Shown: piece after piece, positions 8,832 to 16,256 of the stretch
How positions within the stretch are numbered: the stretch's first letter is position 1
How the letters are laid out: each line of letters starts with the position of its first letter
Origin: Fibrisoma limi BUZ 3
GTDB taxonomy: Bacteria > Bacteroidota > Bacteroidia > Cytophagales > Spirosomataceae
Length of the DNA: 24,000 nt
Reading direction: 5' to 3'
Assembly: GCF_000296815.2 (NCBI RefSeq)
Contig: NZ_CAIT01000006.1
Location: 230,777 to 254,776, forward strand
Notes under the pieces: model-generated
The model's input: the letters and a program-made list of their open reading frames with translations, nothing else
Told to the model about the DNA's origin: nothing
The model's database searches: none
Translations under genes and position numbers: made by a program

Positions 8832-9509
8832 ATGACCAACGAAACCAAATACTGGTACCTGAAGAATCATCAGCTATTCGACGAACTATCGCGCAACGCC
8901 ATCAACGAAATCTGCTACCTGAGCCACTTCCGAATGCACCGGAAAGGGGATGTGATCAATCTGTCGCAGGACGAAGATCGGGTGTATACGCTGAAGGTCG
9001 GTATCCTGAAAATTGTGGAACTGGATACAGAGGGCAACGAACAACTCGTTGAAGTGCTACGGCCAGATGATCTGTTCGGGCAGTTTACGCTGACGCCGGC
9101 GGAAACGAATCAGTATGCCGTTGTGCTGTCGGATTACGTAACATTCTGTAGCTTTCTGGTGACTGACTTTGAGCGGGTCATCCAGCAGCATCCGTCGCTC
9201 GGCATTCGGTTTACCAAGCTGGTTGGACTGCGGTTACGGCGGCTTGAAAATCGGTATATCAATTTGATGTACAAAGACGTTCGAACCCGTTTTCGCTTAT
9301 TTTTGAAGGAGTGGGTTGAAAAGGACGCCAAGCCCGACCAACCGTACGTACTCAACAATTACCTGACCCACAAGGACATCTCGCGGATGATCTGCAGCAA
9401 CCGGCAGGTGGTCAGCGAACTATTCAGTGAATACCGGCAGGCGGGGATGCTGGAGTATAACCGCAGCCAGATTATCATTACCAACCCGGCGCTGCTCGAC
9501 GTGGCATGA
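8832..9509 (+). CDS. Crp/Fnr-family transcriptional regulator (cNMP-binding-like domain plus C-terminal HTH)
   Basis: 225 aa with an N-terminal beta-roll-like region (GDVINLSQDEDRVYTLKVGILKIV...DLFG) and a C-terminal HTH segment (LTHKDISRMICSNRQVVSELFSEYRQAGML). It lies 7 nt after the coaB stop. Confidence 0.8.
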   Translation: MTNETKYWYLKNHQLFDELSRNAINEICYLSHFRMHRKGDVINLSQDEDRVYTLKVGILKIVELDTEGNEQLVEVLRPDDLFGQFTLTPAETNQYAVVLSDYVTFCSFLVTDFERVIQQHPSLGIRFTKLVGLRLRRLENRYINLMYKDVRTRFRLFLKEWVEKDAKPDQPYVLNNYLTHKDISRMICSNRQVVSELFSEYRQAGMLEYNRSQIIITNPALLDVA

Positions 9510-10345
9510 CGCGCTCTGGGCCACTCAAACACGTATTACCCGCCATGAAAACCGCTCATCAGGCCATCAACGAGGCCGACCGCGTGCTGCACAGTCTGGC
9601 TCAGTTCATTGCCCTGACCGGTACCCAACTGCTCGACCAGCAACCCGACGACAGCCACACGAACATGGCCTGGAATCCCGGTCAGCACCGGCTGGAAGGC
9701 AGGCCGTTTGTCCGCAATGGCCAGTCGGTCAGGCTGATCATTGATACCAGGGCGTTTACCCTGGCGTTCATTGACCAGACAGAAACGGTTATGGCGTCGT
9801 TTTCGCCCGACAACCGGACGCCCACCGATGCTGCGGCCTGGTGGAAGAGCCAGCTACAGGCGTGGGGCGTTCAGGACATCAAACCCGTGAATTACCGGCT
9901 CGATCCACCGGTAGACCAGCTTACGCCCTACGTTCGTCCGGATGGACTGCCGGAATGGGGACAATGGCGAACCCTGGCTAATACGGCCCTCACGAGGCTG
10001 AACGAGTGGAGCGGCCGCGCCAGCGAGGTGCGCGTCTGGCCGCATCATTTCGACACGGGGGTTTACTATACCATTCCGGATGCAGCCGGGCAGGAGCGGG
10101 CAGCCATCTGGGCCGGTTACGCCATCGCCGACGCCTTGAGCGACGAACCGTATTTTTATCAATCCGGCTACGACCGTAGCCACGCTGTTGACTTTGGCGC
10201 AGCGCCAGCGTTGCCGGTCGGCCAGTGGCTGGTCACCGACGGCTGGAAAGGCGCGTTCCTGCCCCTGTCGGCCATCGAAACCGACGAGGCCGTGGACGCC
10301 TTCTTCCGGGAAAGCTACGCCTGGTTGAACCAACAGGTGGCGTAA
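9506..10345 (+). CDS. Conserved-looking hypothetical protein, family not recognised
   Basis: Long ORF with balanced, protein-like composition. Its start overlaps the Crp stop as ATGA at 9506-9509, with an alternative ATG at 9545 (MKTAHQ...). Notable motif: EVRVWPHHFDTGVYY. The antisense ORF 9854-10387 is R/G/P-rich and looks like a shadow ORF. Confidence 0.6.
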   Translation: MTRSGPLKHVLPAMKTAHQAINEADRVLHSLAQFIALTGTQLLDQQPDDSHTNMAWNPGQHRLEGRPFVRNGQSVRLIIDTRAFTLAFIDQTETVMASFSPDNRTPTDAAAWWKSQLQAWGVQDIKPVNYRLDPPVDQLTPYVRPDGLPEWGQWRTLANTALTRLNEWSGRASEVRVWPHHFDTGVYYTIPDAAGQERAAIWAGYAIADALSDEPYFYQSGYDRSHAVDFGAAPALPVGQWLVTDGWKGAFLPLSAIETDEAVDAFFRESYAWLNQQVA

Positions 10346-10359
10346 GTATAACGGGGCAG

Positions 10360-11871
10360 TTACTCGTGCGTCCACTTCACCCGCCACGGGTCGTTGGTGA
10401 CCTCCTGGAAGTTTCGCAGCGAAGCCAGTAACGTATCATACACCGCCTTATGGGGTTTGCTATCGGCCAGATTCGTTCGTTCCTGCGGGTCCTTTTCCAG
10501 ATCGTACAATTCAAAGGCCGGGCGACGTACGTACGCATCTTTGCTCCGCTGGCCGTACTGCGTTTTCCCGGATTTCAGGAAACCCTGCCAGGTGGCCGAA
10601 TTCCACAGATCGGCCGCGAACGGAAAGGGCAGGTCGTGCGCTACGTTCCAGATGAGCTTGTAGCGCTTGGTCACCACTGATCGCATAGGGTAGTACATCG
10701 TTACCTCGTGGAAGGTGTGCGACAGAAATACCGTATCTCCCTTGAACGAAGCTGGATTTGTTCCGTTGATACGATCGAAATAAGGTTTCCAGGACTTGCC
10801 GTGAAAGTAGTCCGTAGGGCCGCGCTCCCCGTACTCGCCACCGCCCTGTGGCCGGTTGGCTGCGGCCAGAACCGGGGGATTGAGCCCGGCAAAATCCAGC
10901 AGTGTCGGCGCTACGTCTACCCACGATACCAGTTCGTCGCACACCTGATTTTTGCGGGTTGAGTAGGGGTTCCGGACGATGAGCGGCAATCGGACGCCCG
11001 GCTCATAATGCGTCGTTTTGGCACCGGGTACCGGCATGCCGTTGTCCGAGAGATAGATAACGATGGTATTGTCCCACAGGCCTTTCTCCTTCAGCAGGTC
11101 GAATAGCCGACCGATACCCTGATCCATGCGCGATACGGACTGGTAGTACTGCGCCAGTTCGGCTTTGGTTTCAGGGGCGTCCGGCAAAAAGTACGGCACC
11201 CGCAGCGAATCCATTCCATACAGCGTTTCAGTTACGCCTTCGTGCCCATTGGGTTTATTGCCGTGGGGATTGGCCTCATACGGCAGGTTTTTGTTGGAGC
11301 CGGCCCGGTGCGGATCAGTGGTGCAGAAGTATAGAAAGAAGGGTTTACTGCGGTTATTCTCCAGAAACGTAACGCATTGATTCGCCATCTTCACCGGATT
11401 GGAACCGTCTTCGCTCAGGGCTTCGTCGAAAGGGTAGGAGCTGGCAGGCGCTACGTGGTATTTGCCGATACGGGCCGTGGTGTAGCCAGCATTGTGCAGG
11501 AGCGCCGGCATGGTTTTTAACCCTTCGTGCGATCGGAAATGGTGGGTAGCGTGGGCCAGACCGTACTGACCGTTGTTATGATTATGCCGTCCCGAAAGCA
11601 GGGTGGAGCGGCTGGGGCTGCACGACGACGTAGTGGCATACGCGCGGGTGAACCGAACGCCTTCTTTGGCAAGGTAATCCAGATTGGGTGTTTTAACGCT
11701 TCGGTTGCCGTAGCAGCCAACGGCGCTCAGATCGTGGTCGTCGCCGACAATCAGCACAAAGTTAGGGCGTTGCTGCGCCGTTGTTGCTGTGGAAGGACGT
11801 GGGGTCTGGGCCAGAGCCGGTCGGAATGCCACCTGGCTGATTAGCAGCAGGCAGGAAACGAATGATTTCAT
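10360..11871 (-). CDS. Cys-type sulfatase, N-sulfoglucosamine sulfohydrolase (SGSH)-like
   Basis: Signal peptide (MKSFVSCLLLISQVAFRPALA), NFVLIVGDDHD, and the formylglycine motif SSCSPSRSTLLSGR (C-x-P-x-R). HNHNNGQYGLAH is typical of the heparan-N-sulfatase-like subgroup. Confidence 0.9.
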   Translation of the reverse strand: MKSFVSCLLLISQVAFRPALAQTPRPSTATTAQQRPNFVLIVGDDHDLSAVGCYGNRSVKTPNLDYLAKEGVRFTRAYATTSSCSPSRSTLLSGRHNHNNGQYGLAHATHHFRSHEGLKTMPALLHNAGYTTARIGKYHVAPASSYPFDEALSEDGSNPVKMANQCVTFLENNRSKPFFLYFCTTDPHRAGSNKNLPYEANPHGNKPNGHEGVTETLYGMDSLRVPYFLPDAPETKAELAQYYQSVSRMDQGIGRLFDLLKEKGLWDNTIVIYLSDNGMPVPGAKTTHYEPGVRLPLIVRNPYSTRKNQVCDELVSWVDVAPTLLDFAGLNPPVLAAANRPQGGGEYGERGPTDYFHGKSWKPYFDRINGTNPASFKGDTVFLSHTFHEVTMYYPMRSVVTKRYKLIWNVAHDLPFPFAADLWNSATWQGFLKSGKTQYGQRSKDAYVRRPAFELYDLEKDPQERTNLADSKPHKAVYDTLLASLRNFQEVTNDPWRVKWTHE

Positions 11872-12049
11872 AAAGAAGCCAGGAGTCTGGTATGAACCAG
11901 CGGAATAGTCAAGTAAAAAAGATGAGGGGCAATACCGGTAAAAGCAAAAAAGGAGCCGCTCTTACTACCAAAGCCTTTGGTTTTCCCGTGGTCGGCGGGG
12001 GTAATTTCTGCCGATTTTGAAAAATAAGTTGACTCGTGGGAACGAATTT

Positions 12050-12062
12050 TGAACAATGTTCA
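12050..12062. promoter_or_regulatory. 13-bp perfect palindrome TGAACAATGTTCA; candidate TetR operator (copy 1, upstream of tetR-family gene)
   Basis: Perfect dyad 26 nt upstream of the ATG at 12088, in the divergent sulfatase/TetR spacer. The identical 13-mer recurs at 12720-12732. Confidence 0.5.
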
Positions 12063-12087
12063 TTTTATGGGGTAAATAGAGACGTAC

Positions 12088-12702
12088 ATGGGTGTTGCCG
12101 AGCGGAAAGCGAAAGAAAAAGAAGAGCTACGAAACCTGATTTTGCAGGGAGCCAGAAAGCTCTTTGTGCAGAAGGGGATCGAGCAAACCACTATCCGGAG
12201 CATTGCCGAAGCTATTGATTACAGCATCGGCACCGTTTACGTGTACTTTAAAGATAAAAACGCCATTCTGCACGCCTTGCACACACAGGGGTTTGCGGAT
12301 CTGGGCGGGCAGTTTACGGTGCTGTTCAACGTAGCCGACCCGATGGAACGGCTCAAGGCGATGGGACGGGTGTATATCCGGTTTGCCCTTGATAATCCGG
12401 ATATGTACGATCTGATGTTCAGTATAAAAGCGCCCATGGAATACCTGAATGCCGTCAACGAGGAATGGTCGGAAGGTAAAACGGCTTTCAATGTGCTGCG
12501 GACAACCGTACAGCAATGTATGGAAGCCGGGCATTTCAAGGGGCACCAGCTCGAGCCGCTGACGTTCATGATCTGGAGTCTGGTACATGGCATGTGCAGC
12601 TTGGAGATCGGCCAGCGAACAAAAGGCGTGAATCTGCAGGATGCCGATGGTATTGTGGAACAGGCGTTCGGCGAATTTTTGAAAATACTCGATACGTTAT
12701 AA
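12088..12702 (+). CDS. TetR/AcrR-family transcriptional regulator
   Basis: N-terminal TetR HTH (ILQGARKLFVQKGIEQTTIRSIAEAIDYSIGTVYVYFKDKNAIL). 204 aa with a helical C-terminal ligand domain. Confidence 0.9.
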   Translation: MGVAERKAKEKEELRNLILQGARKLFVQKGIEQTTIRSIAEAIDYSIGTVYVYFKDKNAILHALHTQGFADLGGQFTVLFNVADPMERLKAMGRVYIRFALDNPDMYDLMFSIKAPMEYLNAVNEEWSEGKTAFNVLRTTVQQCMEAGHFKGHQLEPLTFMIWSLVHGMCSLEIGQRTKGVNLQDADGIVEQAFGEFLKILDTL

Positions 12703-12719
12703 TTTTTTTACCCTCTAAA

Positions 12720-12732
12720 TGAACAATGTTCA
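12720..12732. promoter_or_regulatory. 13-bp perfect palindrome TGAACAATGTTCA; candidate TetR operator (copy 2, upstream of DUF2147-SDR-membrane operon)
   Basis: Identical to 12050-12062. It sits 18 nt upstream of the ATG at 12751. A degenerate copy (TGATCAATGTTGC, 10 of 13 matches) at 12745-12757 overlaps that start codon. Confidence 0.5.
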
Positions 12733-12750
12733 ATTAAAAAACGATGATCA

Positions 12751-13188
12751 ATGTTGCGACTATTTTCACTTCTGTTACTCACTGCGACGCTGGCCTCAAC
12801 TACGTTGGCTCAGTCGAAGCCGGACGCTATTCTCGGTGAATGGCTCTCACCCAAAAAAGACTCCCGGCTGCTCATCTACCAACAGGCTGGCAAGTACTTC
12901 GGCAAGATTACCTGGGGAACGGGTGGGCCAGCCAAGGATGAAAAGAACCCGAATCCCGCGTTGCGCAACCGGGATCTGATCGGGCTGGTCATTCTCAACG
13001 ATTTTCAGCACGACGGTGAGCAAACCTGGGAAGGAGGCACCATCTACGATCCCCGCGACGGGAAAACGTACTCCTGCAAAATGACCCTGAAGGACGCCAG
13101 TAATCTGAGCATTCGCGGCTACGTCGGCGTGTCGCTGTTTGGCCGAAGCGAAGTGTGGACGAAAGTCAAAGGAGCCAGCAACCAATAA
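12751..13188 (+). CDS. DUF2147-domain protein (secreted)
   Basis: Signal peptide MLRLFSLLLLTATLASTTLAQ, then DUF2147 hallmarks: ILGEWLSP, GKYFGKITW, IYDPRDGKTYSCKMTL, LSIRGYVGVSLFGRSEVWTK. Confidence 0.8.
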   Translation: MLRLFSLLLLTATLASTTLAQSKPDAILGEWLSPKKDSRLLIYQQAGKYFGKITWGTGGPAKDEKNPNPALRNRDLIGLVILNDFQHDGEQTWEGGTIYDPRDGKTYSCKMTLKDASNLSIRGYVGVSLFGRSEVWTKVKGASNQ

Positions 13189-13200
13189 ACACATACGGAC

Positions 13201-14028
13201 ATGGTACTCAAAACCTCTGAAAAGAATCGGCTGCGGGAGCAGTATGGACCCTGGGCCGTCGTAACCGGGGCCTCATCGGGCATTGGTCTGGAACTGGCGC
13301 AGCAACTGGCCAGCGCCGGGTTGCATCTGGTCCTCAATGCCCGGCAGATTGAACGACTGGCACCCGTAGCTGAGCAGTTGAGGGATACCTACGGCATCGA
13401 CGTGCGGATCGTGGCTACCGATGTGTCGGAGTCGGTGGGTGTGCAGCAGCTTATCGACAGTACCAGCGACCTCAGCGTTGGCTTGCTCGTGCAATCGGCG
13501 GGGTTTGGTACGTCGGGACTGTTTCTCCAGTCGAGCCTTTCTGAAGAGATCAACATGCTGCGGGTAAACGGCGAGGCTGTGCTGGCGCTGACCCATCACT
13601 ACGGGCAGCGCTTCGTGGCCCAGCATCGGGGCGGTATCATCCTGCTAAGTTCGATGGTGGCCTTCCAGGGCGTTCCGTACGCAGCCAACTATGCCGCTAC
13701 CAAAGCCTACGTGCAGTCGCTGGCCGAAGCGCTGGCGCTGGAGTTGAAACCAGAGGGTGTCGATGTGCTGGCTGCGGCACCGGGGCCGGTCAGGAGTGGG
13801 TTTGAGCAGCGGGCCAACATGGCCATGAACATGGCGCTGACCCCCGAGCAGGTAGGGGTACCGATTCTGCGGGCTTTGGGCCGACAAACGACGGTGTTGC
13901 CCGGCTGGCTGACCAAAGTGTTAGTATATGCCCTCCGGACGGTGCCACGCTGGGGAAAGGTACGGATCATGCAGCAGGTGATGGGTGGCATGACCCAGCA
14001 TCAGCGACAACTTCAGCCAAACGTATGA
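13201..14028 (+). CDS. Short-chain dehydrogenase/reductase (SDR family oxidoreductase)
   Basis: WAVVTGASSGIGLELA glycine-rich motif and catalytic YAATKAY (YxxxK). 275 aa. Confidence 0.9.
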   Translation: MVLKTSEKNRLREQYGPWAVVTGASSGIGLELAQQLASAGLHLVLNARQIERLAPVAEQLRDTYGIDVRIVATDVSESVGVQQLIDSTSDLSVGLLVQSAGFGTSGLFLQSSLSEEINMLRVNGEAVLALTHHYGQRFVAQHRGGIILLSSMVAFQGVPYAANYAATKAYVQSLAEALALELKPEGVDVLAAAPGPVRSGFEQRANMAMNMALTPEQVGVPILRALGRQTTVLPGWLTKVLVYALRTVPRWGKVRIMQQVMGGMTQHQRQLQPNV

Positions 14029-14789
14029 ACGCTTTTCTGAGCCAACTCCGCCACAGCAATGAACCGTTGTATTATTTCGGGCTCGGGTGTCTAGTGGCTG
14101 CGCTGCTTTGTCTGGTGCTGATCCAGTTTACCCACACGCAGGTACTCGGCGTTAATGCCTGGTACAAGCCGATGAAGTTCTTTCTGGCCACCGGTATTTT
14201 TGTCTGGACGATGGCCTGGTACATGCAGTACCTGGGCAACAACCGGGCGGTGGTCTGGTATTCGTGGGGGCTTATCGTGCTGTTCACGTTTGAAGATGGG
14301 TACATTGCCTGGCAGGCAGCCCGGGGACAGTTGTCGCACTTCAACGTCAGTACGCCCCTGTATAGCACGCTGTACGGGCTGATGGCTGTTGCGGCCGTGG
14401 GTATTTCGCTCTGGACGGCCTACATTGCCCTGCTGTTCTTTCAACAGGACCTGCCGGACCTGTCAGGGGCGTATTTGTGGGGCATTCGGCTGGGGCTGCT
14501 TTTATTCATCGTGTTCTCCATGCAGGGGTTGAGCATGGGGGCGCGGCTGACACATACGATCGGTGGCGCAGACGGTAGTCCGGGTTTGCCCGTGGTCAAC
14601 TGGAGCCGACGCTACGGGGATCTGCGGATTGCCCATTTTCTGGGGATGCACGCCCTGCAAATCCTGCCCCTGCTGTCGTTTTACGTGCTGAAAAGCGTAC
14701 GGGCTACGGTCATAGCCGGACTGCTGTATGCCATTCTGACCACGTTCGTGTTCTGGCAGGCAATGCAGGGCAGGCCGCTGTTACGGTAG
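14025..14789 (+). CDS. Polytopic integral membrane protein, unknown family
   Basis: About six or seven hydrophobic helices, e.g. YYFGLGCLVAALLCLVLI, FFLATGIFVWTMAWY, LYGLMAVAAVGISLWTAYIALLFF, LGLLLFIVFSMQGL. The start overlaps the SDR stop as ATGA at 14025-14028. Confidence 0.7.
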   Translation: MNAFLSQLRHSNEPLYYFGLGCLVAALLCLVLIQFTHTQVLGVNAWYKPMKFFLATGIFVWTMAWYMQYLGNNRAVVWYSWGLIVLFTFEDGYIAWQAARGQLSHFNVSTPLYSTLYGLMAVAAVGISLWTAYIALLFFQQDLPDLSGAYLWGIRLGLLLFIVFSMQGLSMGARLTHTIGGADGSPGLPVVNWSRRYGDLRIAHFLGMHALQILPLLSFYVLKSVRATVIAGLLYAILTTFVFWQAMQGRPLLR

Positions 14790-14852
14790 AAGTAGGCTGG
14801 TAAACCAGTTTGCCGATACGTACGAACCATTGATCGCACGGGTTCGAGTAAG

Positions 14853-14890
14853 CCCCGAAACCCAGCCTGTTCATAAGCTGGGTTTCGGGG
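14853..14890. terminator. Hairpin between convergent genes (likely bidirectional intrinsic terminator)
   Basis: Perfect 14-bp stem CCCCGAAACCCAGC (14853-14866) / GCTGGGTTTCGGGG (14877-14890) with a 10-nt loop. It lies 64 nt after the stop at 14789 and 36 nt before the minus-strand stop at 14926. The U-tract is weak (gcgattgctttta). Confidence 0.55.
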
Positions 14891-14925
14891 GCGATTGCTT
14901 TTAGCCATACAAGCTGAACAAGACT

Positions 14926-15324
14926 TTAGGCGTGCAGTCGGGGAGAGGGGTCTAGGCCGGATGGTCGGTAGTGTCTGGCCTGGCCGGTAGACGACAACCG
15001 GTTTTGGGCCTGTTGGCTAAGGTTAGCAAGTACGTCGGTGTGCTGCGCAAGGGTCTGGTAGTTGTTAGATAACGTACCGGAATGTACGTCAGGCTGACTC
15101 ATGTTGGTCACCAGGATGGCAAGTTGATCCTGCATTGCCAGTGCTAATTCAGTAAGGCCATTATCCGGAGACGAATTGTTGGCCGAATGGGTTTGAATTC
15201 GCTGAATAAGCTGTTGGTAGGTCGTATAAAAGGTTGAAACAGCCTCAATCCAGTTAGAAAAAATCTGTTCACAAGCTTCTGTCGTCAAGGGAACAGACAT
15301 CAACGGTGCCGATTTTGTAAACAT
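14926..15324 (-). CDS. Hypothetical small protein (orphan-like, Q/T/S/N-rich, helical), lower GC than neighbours
   Basis: The ORF-track start at 15375 is a TTG. The first ATG is at 15324 (MFTKSAPLM...). No recognisable motifs, signal peptide or TM segment. A sampled 60-nt stretch (15121-15180) has 26 G/C, about 43%. Confidence 0.35.
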   Translation of the reverse strand: MFTKSAPLMSVPLTTEACEQIFSNWIEAVSTFYTTYQQLIQRIQTHSANNSSPDNGLTELALAMQDQLAILVTNMSQPDVHSGTLSNNYQTLAQHTDVLANLSQQAQNRLSSTGQARHYRPSGLDPSPRLHA

Positions 15325-15573
15325 TCTGTTGAATGAGTTGCTATAAGTGAGTGTTGTGGATTTAAAACTAAACAAAATTTTTTAAAAAGTAACTATTTAT
15401 AGTGAAAAATACTTGAAATGATTACTTAAGTAACGCAATTAGCAGTAAGGGGCGGAATTTCTGTGTAACTCCTGTAGCAAAACCCTGTACAATTTTTTGA
15501 ACAATTAGAGCGCCGTGACGTAATCCAATTAGAGATAGCGTTTAACACTACGTCCCCAACAGTGTAAGCAATC

Positions 15574-16209
15574 ATGCTGATTGATAAAAGTAGCGCCCAA
15601 CCCGATGAGATTTCGCCCGAACTGGCCGCGTTTGAGCAGCACAAGCATATTCCGTCAGTAATCCGGAAAAATGTGCTCATCGCGCTGTCGTTTTATCCGG
15701 AGCTACGGACCGCCAGTATTCGCTTCGTTTTCAAGCAAAGCATCCGGTCGTCGGTCATGCAGGCGCAGCCGGTTGTCGGTAGCTTACTGGGTAACCGCAA
15801 TAAGCGGGCGTATCAGATCAACATCAGCGCCATGTTCAAGCTGACGCACACGGCGATCCCAATCCACCACATCCCCGACGCGATCATGATCGGCTGGATT
15901 GGCCACGAGCTGGGGCACATTATGGATTACGAAAACCGGAGTACTTTCGGGATGATCAGGTTTGGACTGGGGTACCTCTTCTCGCCCAACTACGTGCGAA
16001 AAGCCGAGCGGGTCGCCGACGACTTTGCCGTTAAGCGGGGACTGGGTAATTACCTGGTTGCCACTAAACGGTTCATTCTCGACCACGCCGAACTGCCGCA
16101 GGTTTATAAGGACAAAATTGCCCGGCTCTACGTATCACCCGAAGAAATTGTCGAACAGGTCAGAAAGCTGGAAGAAGAGAAGCTGGCCGGCGGGCAAAGG
16201 AACGTATAA
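15574..16209 (+). CDS. Small soluble zinc metallopeptidase-like protein (HExxH plus downstream ExxAD, M48-like motif pair)
   Basis: IGWIGHELGHIMDYE is followed about 30 residues later by KAERVADDFAVKRG, the HExxH ... E-x-x-A-D arrangement of M48-type peptidases. No TM helices or signal peptide are visible. 211 aa. Confidence 0.6.
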   Translation: MLIDKSSAQPDEISPELAAFEQHKHIPSVIRKNVLIALSFYPELRTASIRFVFKQSIRSSVMQAQPVVGSLLGNRNKRAYQINISAMFKLTHTAIPIHHIPDAIMIGWIGHELGHIMDYENRSTFGMIRFGLGYLFSPNYVRKAERVADDFAVKRGLGNYLVATKRFILDHAELPQVYKDKIARLYVSPEEIVEQVRKLEEEKLAGGQRNV

Positions 16210-16216
16210 CTGGCCA

Positions 16217-16243
16217 TGGTGTCAGGTGCAGAACCTGACACCA
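16217..16243. terminator. Hairpin 1 of two tandem hairpins between convergent genes
   Basis: TGGTGTCAGG (16217-16226) / CCTGACACCA (16234-16243), a 10-bp perfect stem with a 7-nt loop, 8 nt after the stop at 16209. Confidence 0.4.
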
Positions 16244-16256
16244 CAACATCACCCGA

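Noticed and set aside
12719-12979. An 86-aa ORF starting inside the palindromic operator
   Set aside because: It overlaps the DUF2147 gene out of frame and has no protein-like features. DUF2147's reading frame has a signal peptide and family motifs.
15498-15505. A TGAACAAT half-site with a similar AATTTT flank, considered as a third TetR operator in the AT-rich spacer
   Set aside because: Only one half of the dyad is present (TGAACAATTAGAG). An 8-mer in very AT-rich DNA can easily occur by chance.
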